A DNA stretch of 63,902 bases, counting the filler, from Octopus bimaculoides (lineage: Eukaryota): NCBI RefSeq assembly GCF_001194135.2. It is 6 parts of 5 records of this genome, joined end to end, with 100 filler letters (N's around TTAATTAATTAA, not from the genome) between each part and the next. Parts side by side here need not be neighbours in the genome. Positions count along the whole stretch, not along the records: positions 1 to 28,721 come from NC_068982.1; positions 28,822 to 38,365 come from NC_068988.1; 4 more parts are not named here. One strand, written 5' to 3'. The position numbers and the translations under genes were made by a program. The notes beneath the pieces were generated by a model. It was not told the DNA's origin. It saw only the letters and a list, made by a program, of their open reading frames with translations, and made no database searches. Positions 20,637 through 33,520 of the stretch are shown here, piece by piece; positions within the stretch are counted from its first letter, which is position 1, and every line of letters starts with the position of its first letter.

Positions 20637-23130
20637 GCCAAAACCTTCCCAGTTGAAGAATGCACCCCCACAACATAGTTAGTGACTTCAGGATCAGGGA
20701 TAAATGGATGCCCAGAAGATGACCAGCATGGAAGAGAAGGGTCTGGAAGCTTAAGGATCCTGTGAATGGACAGAAATTTAGAGATGTATTACTCGAAGCT
20801 TTTGATGATGTGGAAGACAACTGGAGGTTTCTATGGGACAACCTGTTGAAGGCTTCTGACCAGATCTGTGGATGGTGCAAAGTCCCCTCTCAACCCAAGG
20901 TAACATGGTGGTAGAACAATGTAGTTGACAGAGCCATTAGGGAAACAGGCATGGAAGGACTGGAAGAAGGGTGGTAGCAGGGAATTGTATCAGATTGCCA
21001 AAAGGGAAGCTAGGAGACAAGTTTACTTAACCAGAGGGGAAGCAGATAAGAAAAAATTTACCAATGTTCTGCGTCATGAGGACCAAAGACTTGAAGTATT
21101 TCATGTTGCAAGACAGTGTGTGAAAGAGAATCGTGATGTCGTGGGAGAGAAATGTGTTCGCATGGATGATGGTACACTTGCACTAAATGAGGCTGCAGGT
21201 GGAGACGCCACTACGAAAGTTTGCTCAATAAAGAGAATGAATAGGAGAAAGAGAGTCTGCCAAATGTCGTCCCAACAGAGGGTCCAGCTATCCGAATTGA
21301 CAGTACCATGGTAGATAAAGCAATTAAGGGTATGAAGACAGGGAAAGCCCCCAGCCCATCAGGAATCACTGCAGCGATGCTTAAAATATCTGGCGGTGTG
21401 TCAACTATAGTCTAGTCACCTGTATAGTCAATCAGGTGATACATGAAGAAATCATACCCAATGATTGGCGTAGCAACACCATAGTCAACTGCTACAAAGA
21501 TAAAGGTGATGCATTAGATATGAATAATTACAGAGGTATCAAGTTGTTGGATCAGGTAATGAAGGTCATGGAGACAGTCACAGCTCAACTAATTAGGGAG
21601 TCAGTTTAGAGAGATGCAGTTTGGATTTATGCCAGGGAAAAGCACCACTGTGCTATATTTCTGGTAAGACAGCTGCAGGAGAAATACCTAGCCAAGGATA
21701 AACCTCTGTACCTGGCTTTCGTTGACATGGAGAAAGCCTTTGACAGTGTTCCCCAATCGCTTATCTGGTCATTAATGTGAAAACTAGGGATATATGACTG
21801 GTTAGTGAGAGCTGTGCGAGCCATATACAGGGATGCTGTCAGTAAGGTGAGGGTTGGCAGTGAGTATAGTGAAGAATTCTGGGTAGGGGTAGGGGTCTAC
21901 CAAGGATCAATCCTCAGTAACCTCTTATTCATCATAGTCTTCCAGGCAATAACAGAGGAATTCAAGACAGGACGCCCCTGGCAGCTTCTCTATGCTGATG
22001 ATCTTGCTCTAATTGCTGAGTCACTATTAGAACTAGAGGAGAAGTTTCAAGTGTGGAAGCAAGGTCTAGAATTGAAGGGCCTTAGAGTCAATCTAGCAAA
22101 AACCAAAGTTTTAATAAGTAGGAAGATAGACAAACCACAAATCGCTTCAGGTAGATGGCCCTGCTTGATATGTATAAAAGGCGTAGGTAGAAACTCTATA
22201 AGATGCACCCAGTGTAATCTATGGACACATAAGAGGTGCAGTAATATCAAAGGAAGGCTAACTGGGAAGATGGTGTTTATGTGTGGCAAATACTCAGGGG
22301 CAATAAACATTGAAAAAGGTGCAGAAAACATCTTCCATCACATTCCAGGGGGATAAACTATAAGCAGTTGATAGCTTTTATTACCTAGGTGACCAAGTCA
22401 GTAGCAGGAGTGGATGCTCTGCGAGTGTAGCTGCTAGAATAAGAATAGCCTGGGCGAAATTCAGAGAGCTCCTACCTCTGCTGGTGACAAAAGGCCTCTT
22501 GCTCAGAGTAAAAGGTAGACTGTATGATACATGTGTGCGAACAGCCATGCTTCATGGCAGTGAAACATGGGCCGTGATTGCTGAGGACATGCATAAGCTT
22601 GCAAGGAATGAAGCCAGTATGCTTTGCTGGATGTGTAATGTCAGTGTGCATACACAACAGAGTGTAAGCACCCTGAGAGAAAAGTTGGACATAAGTATCA
22701 GATGTGGTGTGCAAGAGAGACGACTGCGCTGGTATGGTCATGTGTTACATATGGATGAGGACAGCTGTGTGAAAAAGTGTCACATTCTAGCAGCAGAGGG
22801 AACCTGTGGAAGAGGTAGTCCCAGGAAGACCTGGGATGAGGTAGTGAAGTACGACCTTTGAATGTTGGGCATCACGGAGGCAATAATAAGAAACCGAGAC
22901 CTTTGGAGATATGCTGTGCTTGAGAAGTCCCAGGAAGCCAAGTGAGACCGTAACTGTTGCCTATGCCAGTGCAGCATAACCAGCCCATTTAAGATTACCC
23001 TTCAATTATTGGGCAATAAACTGTGCTTGCGAAGACTTTTGAGCCAAGTGAAGTCATTGTCATGGCTGATGACAGTACCGCCTGATGGGCACTCATGCTG
23101 GTGGGGCACGTAATGCATCATTACTCCTGT
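20633..23130 (+). mobile_element. Decayed RTE-clade LINE, 5' truncated
   Basis: LAFVDMEKAFDSVP, GVYQGSILSNLLF, LLYADDLAL, RWPCLICIKGVGRNSIRCTQCNLWTHKRC and RLRWYGHVLHM. Confidence 0.95.
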
Positions 23131-23185
23131 AAATACCCAGGTCTTGCACTATGTCTCCGGGATACATACATACACATATATATAT

Positions 23186-26100
23186 GATCTAGCAAGCAGG
23201 GCCTCATATCAGTGAGGGGGGGGGGGCAATGCGCATTGATGCTATCGACAGGCAGGCCCTGAAACAGCGCACATCTCTCCTGATGACCCCATACATTTGT
23301 TGGCTTCTGGTATGCAGAGTTTTCGACTAGTAGCACTTGCATGTGCAAATTGTTTGCAAAACATCTAAAACCTTGTGGTAGGTAACCACTGACAGACTGG
23401 AAAGACGGTTAGGCATCTTGGAAAGACAAGAGGACTGCTTGGAAAGACAAGCGGACAATGGGAAAGACTATCAACACCAGGAAAGACTGGCGGAGGTTGC
23501 AGTCTTACAATCCTCACCATTGTAACATGTTGTAACAAATACCAATAAGAATGACAGCCCCATGATTGACCAAGAGGGGGGAGTTGAGAATCAATCAAAC
23601 CCAGTTAATACGGAAATGACACTGGACAGGAATATGGTTATTCATTCGAACAGTGAATGAAGTGCAAACAACTTTGGATGCAAGCTGTGCTGTAGGAACT
23701 TTGCAACCGAGACAGGCTTGAAGATACATCAGGGAAAGACTTGTAAGAAGAGGACAGAGTAGTGTGGATCATCTTATCATAAAACATGAGGCAAATCATC
23801 CCTAGACTCAAACCACAGCAGATAAATAAATGCTACAGTAAAGACCTCTTCCTAACAGGAAACTGCAGGTTGTGAAACTGGTGCATCAGATAGTACTTGG
23901 AAGAAACCAAAGGTTCTATGGCCTGTTGCTAATCAGAAAGGAAAATATAAAGGGTTTGAAAACAAGGTATGTCAAGCTCTTTATAAAATGACAGGTTCTA
24001 CAGTGGAGAAACTGTCAAAGTTAACAAGCTAAATATACGATACAGGAAAGGAATTACTTGGAGTGAAAGATAGTATCTGATTAGCGAAAGGAAAGTGTGA
24101 ACCAAGCAGGAGGATCAGGAAAATGAAACAGTTGAGGAAGGAAAAGACCAGCCTAAGAAAGCAATGGAAATATGCTGTGGAAGATGAAAAACCTGGCCTC
24201 ACGCTGCTGTACGACGATTTGAAAAGGAAATACCATTATGTGCAATGACATATCCACCAATATGAGCAATAAAAGGAAAGTAAAAGGACTAAGGGGCAGT
24301 TTCTGAAGGACTCATATGAGGTTACTAAGAAGCTGTTCACTGAACCAAAGAGTGGCACTTTATCGTGCATGAAAGGAGAATTGGATGCTCATATCAAAGA
24401 AACTTACAGTCATTTGCACTGTAACCAGCCATTACCACCTCAAAATGGGCTAAAGTATCTCTTAGAACCTGATATCAAATTTCAAATTGGGGACATCAGG
24501 GAGAAAGAGGTGAATGGTTTCGTAAGAAAAGCTAGAGCAAAGAGTGCCCCAGGAGGTGATAGCATCTCATATAAAGTATACAAATATTGCAATCATCTAC
24601 AAAAGAAGCTCTTTGTCCTACTCTGACATCTGTGGTGCAAAGAGACTCTAGTTGAAGATTGGTGTAAGGCAGAAGGCATATACCTGCTGAAGGAGGTCAA
24701 TGAAAAGACTATAAAACAATTTAAGCTGATATCCTTATTGAATGTGGAAGGCAAGATCTTTATGGGAATTCTCTCAAGGAGAACAGTGACATATTTACAG
24801 AGTAATGGATATGTTGATGAATCTGTTCAAAAGGCCGGAATCCCTGGATGCATTGAACACTGTTTTTCGATTTGGAAAGTGATCTAGGATGCCAAACAGA
24901 ACAAGAGAAGTCTGAACGTGGTTTGGCTTGAACTAGCTAATGCATATGGCTCAGTGCCACACGAACATAAGAGCCATGGACCACTTCCACATTCCAGACA
25001 AAGTTACCAAATTAATGAGGATATATTATGACAGTTTCAAGATGAGGTTTACAGCTGGATATTTTACAACAGATTGGCACCGATTGGAGATTGGCATTGC
25101 TGCTGGCTGCACAATATCTGTCACGTGGTTTATCTTAGTCATGTAGATGATTTTGAAAGTCATGCATTTTTCGGAACAAATCACCCATGCATAATCGCCT
25201 AAGAAAGCCTTCATGGATGACATGACACTTCTATCAACAGACAAGCAAATCATGCAGAGTGACCTCTTGAGACTAGATGAACTTGTGAGCTGGTCAAGGA
25301 TGTGGTTTAGAACAAAAAAGTCATGTAGTTTGACATTTATTAAGGGAGTGCAGAAAAAAGTTAAGTTTCGAATAGCTGAAGAAAGCATTCCAATAGTCAA
25401 AGAAGAACCCATTGAGAGCTTGGGGTGAGTATATACTGGAACATTGTCAGATAGGAGTCGTAGAATGGAAATTATGAAACAAGCCAAAGTGGGATTATCA
25501 GCAACTGATAACTCAAAGTTACCAAGTAAATATAAAATTTGGTGTTTACAGTTCGGCTTGTATCTGCGACTTTCATGGCCACTTTTAATATACAAGGTAG
25601 CATTTTCACAAGTTCAAATCATTGAATAAAAATGTAATGTGTTTGTTAGAAAGTGGTTAGGCCTACCTCAGATATTGAACAGTTCAGCTCTTTATTGTAA
25701 AAGAGGCTTGTAGTTACCACTGGTGTCAATAGTTGAAATTTATAAACTGGGAAAGGTACAAACAGTGATGATGCTGAGAGAGTCAAAGGACATGGAAATC
25801 AGGCGTAATCCATCATATGTGAAACCAGTCAGGAAATGGAAAGCAGAAGCAGAGACTGATGACAGCCTGTCTTCTCTTACACACCAAGATATGGTGGGTG
25901 CAACGCAAATTCATTAGAAGGGACCTGATTTTGGCGCAGATCGGTTCAGACCGTTTGCAAGTATGATGCGAAGTGAACACAGATCTGTTGTTAGCAACAG
26001 CATCAAAACGAGGGAAGCAGAGAGAAGAGAGCTTCATTTGATCCAATGCATTCAACAAGGACAGATGGTGAGATGGGAGGAACATGTTATTGAGAGAAAA

Positions 26101-27062
26101 ATAAGTTGGAATGAGATACGAGAGTGGACGACATCTTGGCTAAGTTTTCTGATTCGTTCATCCTATGATGTTTTGCCGTCACCTGCAAATCTAGTAAGAT
26201 AGAATGTCTCAGAGAATGATATATGCAAATGTGGAAAGGTCAGAACACTGAAACATTTTCTTTCCAACTGTTCACTAGCATTGAATAGATATACATGGAG
26301 ACACAACCTGGTCCTTAAGTTTATCTTCAATACGATAAAGAACCAAATTGATCTCAACAGTGAAAAAAACCGTTGAAAGTACCAACTAAAGATTTTGTTA
26401 CCTTTGTGTGCTCAGGATAGTGGATCCATTTCAAGAAGAACAACAACAAAGTTCTTGCGAGTGATGAAAGGTAGAACAGCGATTGGGAGGTGACTGCAGA
26501 TTTACTAGGATGCCAGGGACTTTTTCCCATCCAATTTAGAAAAAAAACCGGACATTTTAATGTGGTGTAAAAAAAAGAAAGTTGTGAATCTAGTTGGGTT
26601 AACGGTTCCTCATGAAGACAACATAGACGCCGCTCGAGCTTGAAAGATTGACCGTTAAGAGAACCTCCTCGAAGAATGTGATGATGCAGGCAGGAAAGCA
26701 GAGCATTTTCCAATCAAAATTGGATGTAGCAGGTTTGTTGGACACAGTGTGAGATGACTGTTGCTAGCATTAGGCCTAACTCGTCATAAAGTAAATATCA
26801 CTATGACCGATATCCAAACTACAGTGGAAAAGGCTAGCCACAGGATTTGGTTAAAAAGAGATGATGTGCGATGGATAGAAGAATATTGAGCTTTATTTGA
26901 TAACCAGCTGATCTAGTAAGCAGGGCCTCGTATCATTGATGCCGTCGAGAAGTAGGCCCCAAAACAGCACGCATCTCCTGATGACCCCATACACTTGCTG
27001 GCTTCCGGTATGTGGACCTCTCGACTGGTAGCCCTTGCATGTACAAGCTGTTTGCAAAACAT
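23186..27062 (+). mobile_element. Near full-length HERO-type non-LTR retrotransposon (ZnF-RT-CCHC-RLE), decayed, with terminal direct repeats
   Basis: N-terminal CKLCCRNFATETGLKIHQGK; RT KSAPGGDSI, GIAAGCTIS and FMDDMTLL; CKCGKVRTLKHFLSNC...RYTWRHNLVL; RLE PDILMW...LTVPHEDN. Repeats at 23186-23364 and 26910-27062. Confidence 0.88.
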
Positions 27063-27167
27063 ATATACACATACATACATAAACACACATACATATATAA
27101 ACACATAGATGCATACATATATATAAACACACATATATATATATATATATACACACATATATATATG

Positions 27168-27215
<48 letters not shown>

Positions 27216-27294
27216 AACACATACATGCATATAAACGTGTGTGTGTGTATATATATATATATATACACACACTCACATATATACATATATATAG

Positions 27295-28700
27295 GGACCC
27301 ATCCCAGAGCTTTATGGTCATTACATTGATGACTGCATTGGTGCCACAAGCCTTAACAGACAATAGCTCAACAATTTTGTTTCTTTTAACACCTTTCACC
27401 CAGCCTTGGAATTCACCCACACCATATCTGATACTTCTGGTTGCTTTCTTGACATCTCTGTCAAAATACACAATACCCACCTCTGTCTACTATAAACTTA
27501 CTGGCTCTCACTCCTACCTCCACCACTCTTCCTCTCATCCCAAACACATTAAATCTGCTATACCTTTCTCTCAATTTCTTCACCTTTGAAGACTTTGCAG
27601 CATCAATTCAGATTTTGAATCCCATTGCAAAATAATGCAACAGTTTTTTCTAAATTGAGGGTATCCTCCATATGTTGTCGACACGGTACTCCACTGAGCC
27701 CAAGCCATCAACCGCACTACAGCTCTTTTACCATCTTCATGCACTTCCCACCAACCATATCCCACTCTTTCTCACCAACCACCCGTCCATCCTCCCTCTG
27801 AAGCACAAACTCACCCACAACTTTCGCATTATTCTTTCAAACCCAACAACTGCCCCTATCTTTTCCACACCACCTCACCTGTCTTTTACAAAAGACAGGA
27901 GTCTTAGAAATCTCCTTGTTAGAAGCTTCCCAGCTCCACACAACCAGGAACCTTTAAATGTTCTCACTGATGATGTGACACATGCCCCTACATCAACAAT
28001 AATACCATCAACGTGGGACCCAAGAAGCAATATCATATAACACACCACTTCTGTTGCACTTCTACGAATCTCATATATTGCATTGTATGCAAACTCTGTG
28101 ATGCTCTTTATGTTGGAGAAACAGGGCAACGCCTTGGGGATCGTTTTCACGAAAACATCAGAGGCATAATGCTTCATATGCCAGACCAACCTGTTGCCAC
28201 CCACTTCAACACTGTAAATCATTCTATTGCAGATTTATCAGTGTGTGGTATGACCTTGCACCACAAATCCCACTTCTCTAGGAAACAAAAGGAGCAACAT
28301 CTCATATTTGATCTTGGCACTATGTCCCTAATGGGTATGAATGAACGTTTTTCCATTCATCCTTTCACCTCCGCTTAATGCTTTTTACATTTTTTAATCC
28401 TCCTTCCACACTCTCTCTGCAACATTCCCATAGTTACTAACCTCTACTCTCTCCATTACCCTTTTCCTTCTCCTTTCTGCATGCCCTCTCCTATAACTTC
28501 TGTTTTACAGTAGCAGCCCGTGTTATTCTGCATCCATTATCAGTTGCAGCCAGTTTTTCTAGTTGAGAGGATGTAAACTCTGTTTGACTTTTTTCTCCTT
28601 TTCTTCTCTTTTTCTCTGTCCCCTAGTGAAGGATTGAATCCGAAACATTGGATATTCCACTACTCACTGGAAGTTCACTATACCCCTTTCACTGTGTTTC
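27295..28700 (+). mobile_element. Penelope-like element (Neptune-type), 3' half with GIY-YIG endonuclease
   Basis: HSYLHHSSSHPKHIKSAIPFSQFL and FCCTSTNLIYCIVCKLCDALYVGETGQRLGDRFHE (GIY-YIG); pyrimidine-rich 3' repeat with hammerhead-like core near 28620. Confidence 0.92.
28617..28654 (+). ncRNA. Decayed hammerhead ribozyme remnant in PLE 3' repeat
   Basis: CTAGTGA in place of CTGATGA, stem II GGA/TCC, GAAAC, and potential stem I TGTCC/GGATA. Confidence 0.4.
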
Positions 28701-28721
28701 CATATCTATACATATACATAC

Positions 28722-28821
28722 NNNNNNNNNNNNNNNNNNNNNNNNNNNNNNNNNNNNNNNNNNNNTTAATTAATTAANNNNNNNNNNNNNNNNNNNNNNN
28801 NNNNNNNNNNNNNNNNNNNNN
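28722..28821. other. Artificial scaffold spacer N44-TTAATTAATTAA-N44
   Basis: Exact 100-bp pattern; TTAATTAATTAA gives stops in all six frames; it recurs five times. Confidence 0.95.
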
Positions 28822-29016
28822 GTGGCCGTTTTCGTGCGGGTGACACGTAAAAGCACCCACTACACTCTCTGAGTGGTTGGCGTTAGGAAGGGCATCCAGC
28901 TGTAGAAACTCTGCCAAATCAGACTGGAGCCTGGTGTTGCCATCCGGTTTCACCAGTCCTCAGTCAAATCGTCCAACCCATGCTAGCATGGAAAGCGGAC
29001 GTTAAACGATGATGAT
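28822..29016 (+). mobile_element. RTE-tail-derived short repeat (SINE-like), low divergence
   Basis: GACACGTAAAAGCACCCACTACACTCTCTGAGTGGTTGGCGTTAGGAAGGGCATCCAGC...GGAAAGCGGACGTTAAACGATGATGATG. Confidence 0.88.
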
Positions 29017-29123
29017 GTATCATATATCCCAAAAAGAAGCACACTCTAAAGCAAAGAACAGTAATGTATTTATAAGTAGCTATGTCTATGTTTGGTCATA
29101 GAGTATGTATATATGTATATATA

Positions 29124-30096
29124 CAGGGGTTGGACAAAATAACGGAAACACCTTAAAATTTCGAACAAATTTATTTTAATATGGAGTAGGACCACCTTTG
29201 GCAGTAATTATAGCTTCAATTCTATGAGGTATGGACTCATACAAAGTTTGAATTGTTTCCAAATGAATTTTTGTCCATTCTTCAGCTAAAACAGTCTTCA
29301 GTTCTTGTAGTGATTATGATGGAGGATATCGACTCCTTACTTTTTTTTCTAAAATGCACCATAAATGTTCAATAATATTGAGATCTGGAGACTGAGGTGG
29401 GCAGATAAGATGTTCAATTTCACTGGAATGTTCCTTGTACCATTCAGTAACAACTTTTGCTATGTGAATTGATGCATTATCATCCTGAAAGATTGCATTT
29501 CCCTCCGGAAACAGTTCTGCAACTATTGGATGAATTTGATCAGATAAAATGCTTAGTCTTGACTAACAATTCTGTCATGAAGGGAAATCATTGGGCCAGC
29601 AGATTTCCAAGATGTAGCCCCCAGATCATCAAAGATCTTCCTCCGTCTTTAACAGTTGGAAGAAGACAGTCTGGGTCAAATGCTTCTTTTGGCTCTCTCC
29701 ACACTTGGCTGGTGGTTGGAAATAATGTAAAGGTTGACTCATCCAAGAAAATAACATTCTTTCACTGCTCTAGGGACCAATTCTGTAGGTTTTTACTCCA
29801 CTCTACATGTTTTGCAGCATTTGTTTCTTCTGGAGTTTTGTTTTGACGAGGAGATTTTTCCCTCTTTCTCAAAGGCTGTCATTACTTTCAAGACAGTACT
29901 TCTTGACACACCAAGCATTTCGGTTGTTTTCGTTATGCTAGCGCCTGCCGTACGAGCACCAACATTTTGACCTCTTTGAAAGTTCGATAGATCCGTCATT
30001 TTATTGAATTTTAATTACCTTTTTCTGATGATATCTGAGAAGAAACAGCAATTTTAGCAAAACATATTAAGCAACACAAATAATAAATAAAAAAAC
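29124..30096 (-). mobile_element. Internally deleted Tc1-like transposon
   Basis: TA then CAGGGGTTGGACAAAATAAC. C-terminal PPQSPDLNIIEHLW...AKGGPTPY and N-terminal MTDLSNFQRGQNVGARTAGAS. The other end runs into an N gap. Confidence 0.88.
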
Positions 30097-31799
30097 NNNN
30101 NNNNNNNNNNNNNNNNNNNNNNNNNNNNNNNNNNNNNNNNNNNNNNNNNNNNNNNNNNNNNNNNNNNNNNNNNNNNNNNNNNNNNNNNNNNNNNNNNNNN
30201 NNNNNNNNNNNNNNNNNNNNNNNNNNNNNNNNNNNNNNNNNNNNNNNNNNNNNNNNNNNNNNNNNNNNNNNNNNNNNNNNNNNNNNNNNNNNNNNNNNNN
30301 NNNNNNNNNNNNNNNNNNNNNNNNNNNNNNNNNNNNNNNNNNNNNNNNNNNNNNNNNNNNNNNNNNNNNNNNNNNNNNNNNNNNNNNNNNNNNNNNNNNN
30401 NNNNNNNNNNNNNNNNNNNNNNNNNNNNNNNNNNNNNNNNNNNNNNNNNNNNNNNNNNNNNNNNNNNNNNNNNNNNNNNNNNNNNNNNNNNNNNNNNNNN
30501 NNNNNNNNNNNNNNNNNNNNNNNNNNNNNNNNNNNNNNNNNNNNNNNNNNNNNNNNNNNNNNNNNNNNNNNNNNNNNNNNNNNNNNNNNNNNNNNNNNNN
30601 NNNNNNNNNNNNNNNNNNNNNNNNNNNNNNNNNNNNNNNNNNNNNNNNNNNNNNNNNNNNNNNNNNNNNNNNNNNNNNNNNNNNNNNNNNNNNNNNNNNN
30701 NNNNNNNNNNNNNNNNNNNNNNNNNNNNNNNNNNNNNNNNNNNNNNNNNNNNNNNNNNNNNNNNNNNNNNNNNNNNNNNNNNNNNNNNNNNNNNNNNNNN
30801 NNNNNNNNNNNNNNNNNNNNNNNNNNNNNNNNNNNNNNNNNNNNNNNNNNNNNNNNNNNNNNNNNNNNNNNNNNNNNNNNNNNNNNNNNNNNNNNNNNNN
30901 NNNNNNNNNNNNNNNNNNNNNNNNNNNNNNNNNNNNNNNNNNNNNNNNNNNNNNNNNNNNNNNNNNNNNNNNNNNNNNNNNNNNNNNNNNNNNNNNNNNN
31001 NNNNNNNNNNNNNNNNNNNNNNNNNNNNNNNNNNNNNNNNNNNNNNNNNNNNNNNNNNNNNNNNNNNNNNNNNNNNNNNNNNNNNNNNNNNNNNATATAT
31101 ATATATATATATATATATATAAACAATATGGGAGGTGGATATATGTAGTGCTTTACTTTATATTTAGATCTGTGCAAGTGGGCGTGTGTGAAAAGTAAGA
31201 AAGAAAGAGAGAGTAGAAATAAAAGAAAATGGTCATGAATTTCTTTGTTTTGAATTCAGTGTATATATGCTGTAAGAGGACAACATTGAGTGTTTGATTT
31301 AATCCTAATGCTAGCAGGGTGCTACTATTTCAAATATTGACAGACAGCAAAAAGTGTCCGCTTGATAATCAGTGCCTTAAGAGGAACATAGTTTATAGGG
31401 GATCAATTTCAGTTAATACAGAAATTTTCCATCATATGCACACACACACACATCCTTAGAATATGGTGAAGCACAAGATAAAATAAAATAAGAAAAACAG
31501 CAAATTCTGAACAAAATGATATGACACCAATGTTGAAATATGCACAAATATTGAAGTTATAATTAATGTTATTGACAGTTCTGCAAAATACTAGCAATTC
31601 TGTAGAATGTACAAAGTGTAATAAGAGATATAATATGTAAAAAAAGTGAACAACATTGTTGGATATAGGAAACCATAAGACATAAAACATAATAGGAAAA
31701 ACAGTAGGACAACAATAGATCAAGGTAAAATATAAATATACAAAAACCTGAATTATATCCATAAAAGTGTGCAGGCTTTAGATGTGGGCAACCATTATG

Positions 31800-33520
31800 T
31801 GTGGTGGTAGAAGTATTTAATGTAAAGGGATGTTGACAACGAAATCAGTAGTGTAAATAAATTAGGGATCAGCCTGAAAGGTGTTTGATTAATTTTCCCA
31901 TGCAGTGGTTTAAGGTTGCAGATATTGGTTATTGAAGAATTAAATGGACTAAATAATTGGTTTACTTAAGAGGCTTAGGAAATTAATGATAGAAGTGGTA
32001 GTCTCAGCAATATCTGAATGAATTTCGCAGTGAGTCTACAAGAGAAGGGTCAGGATTTCAGGGTAGTTGCTAATAGATTCATATGGGATGGGGTGGGAGT
32101 TAAGTCTGTAAGAATGATGAAAAAAGAGAAGATCATGAAACTTTTGTGGGAGCTCCTTTTTAAGGCACTGGATTTTGCTAGGGCCTACACTGTAGTGATG
32201 AGGACATAATCATTATCATGCATGCCAGAAAAACCTACTCTTCAGTAAGGGGTCGGCCTGGGTCAAACGGATTGACCCAGCAGGATCCTTCAACTTCGCA
32301 ACAGGTGTTTTTGACTGTGCTGATGTGTGTGACTTCGATAGTTTCTTCATCCTGGATTTACTCAAAAAGAAGTTCCCTTCAACAGCTTTGGCCTCTACAA
32401 GGATGACATGTTGGCAATATCAAGAGGGGTATATGGCCACACACTAGATAAGCTTAGAAAGGATCTCACCAGCACTATGAACTCCCTTGTGCTTAAGGTC
32501 ATGATAGAAGCCAGCTGAAAATGGTGGATTTCCTTGATGTGAACCTGGACTTGGAGTTCAGTACCTATAGGCCCTTTAGGAAACCAAATGAGAAGCTATC
32601 ATATATTAACATAGGTTGCAGTCATCCAGCCATAGTTTTCAAGAACTTGGAAAAGAGCGTCAGCAGAAGAATCTCCAACCTAGCTTCTAGCAAAGGAATT
32701 TTTGTTGCTGCTGTCCTGTACTATAATAAGGCGCTGGCTGTCAGCAGTTTCAAGGAAAGAATTAGTAATACGCTAGACCCTAACCCCCCCAAGAGAAAAT
32801 TTTGTGGTTCATACTGCCCTTCTCTTTAAGAGTTAAAATCCAAGTAGGTAAGATTTTCCTTAGCTTTGTAGATAAACACTTCACTTGCACAAATAGGTTC
32901 AATAAAATATTTAATAGGCACATCCTGAGAGTTTCCTTTGGCTGTGTATCCACTATGAAAATGATTTTAGTAGCTAGGCTCACACCTGAAACAGAGGTAG
33001 GTTGTTCATATAGGGGTAACACAACATGTCCACTGTAATATGGAAACTGTTGTATACGAGAAAGAGGTAATGGGAATAGGACCAAATGGGCAACCAAATG
33101 TGTGAAAGTACGTGGGAGCAACTGAAAGCCCCTTCAGAATTTGCTATAACAGCCACTAGTCCTCCTTCAACATCCCGGAGAGATGTAACACTACAAACCT
33201 GGCCAAGCATATATGGTCGTTGAAAGAAAGCCCCACCATGTACAGCATAGACGATTTTAGAGAGATGTAAAATGTGTACTTCAATAGCAGCAGGAAGTGC
33301 AGATTATGCTTGGCTGAGAAAAGAGCAGTATTTAAGAGCTCTCAGCACTTAGGCTGAACAGCAGAAGTAAAATTTTAAATCCTTGCCCACATGAAAGAAA
33401 GTACATCCTATCATACCTGCATGCCCCATCATGACTATAATCACTATAGTCCCCCAGCTTCAGTCTTGTCACCACCAATGCCTGGGAACCTGGCAAAGAG
33501 TCTGACCAGAATATACACAA
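31800..33520 (+). mobile_element. Decayed Penelope-like element (Naiad-like)
   Basis: DDMLAI, DFLDVNLDL...YRPFRKPNEKLSYINIGCSHP, YVGATESPF...YNSH, TTNLAKHIWSLK, CRLCLAEK and LNSRSKILNPCPH; boundaries approximate. Confidence 0.82.

Noticed and set aside
28766-28777. TTAATTAATTAA as a recurring biological motif
   Set aside because: It is always centred in exactly 44+44 N, so it is an assembly spacer.
32900-33420. Selenocysteine UGA codons as reported for some Naiad elements
   Set aside because: The Cys positions I could read are TGT/TGC, the copy is too decayed to separate Sec codons from nonsense changes, and no SECIS was recognised.
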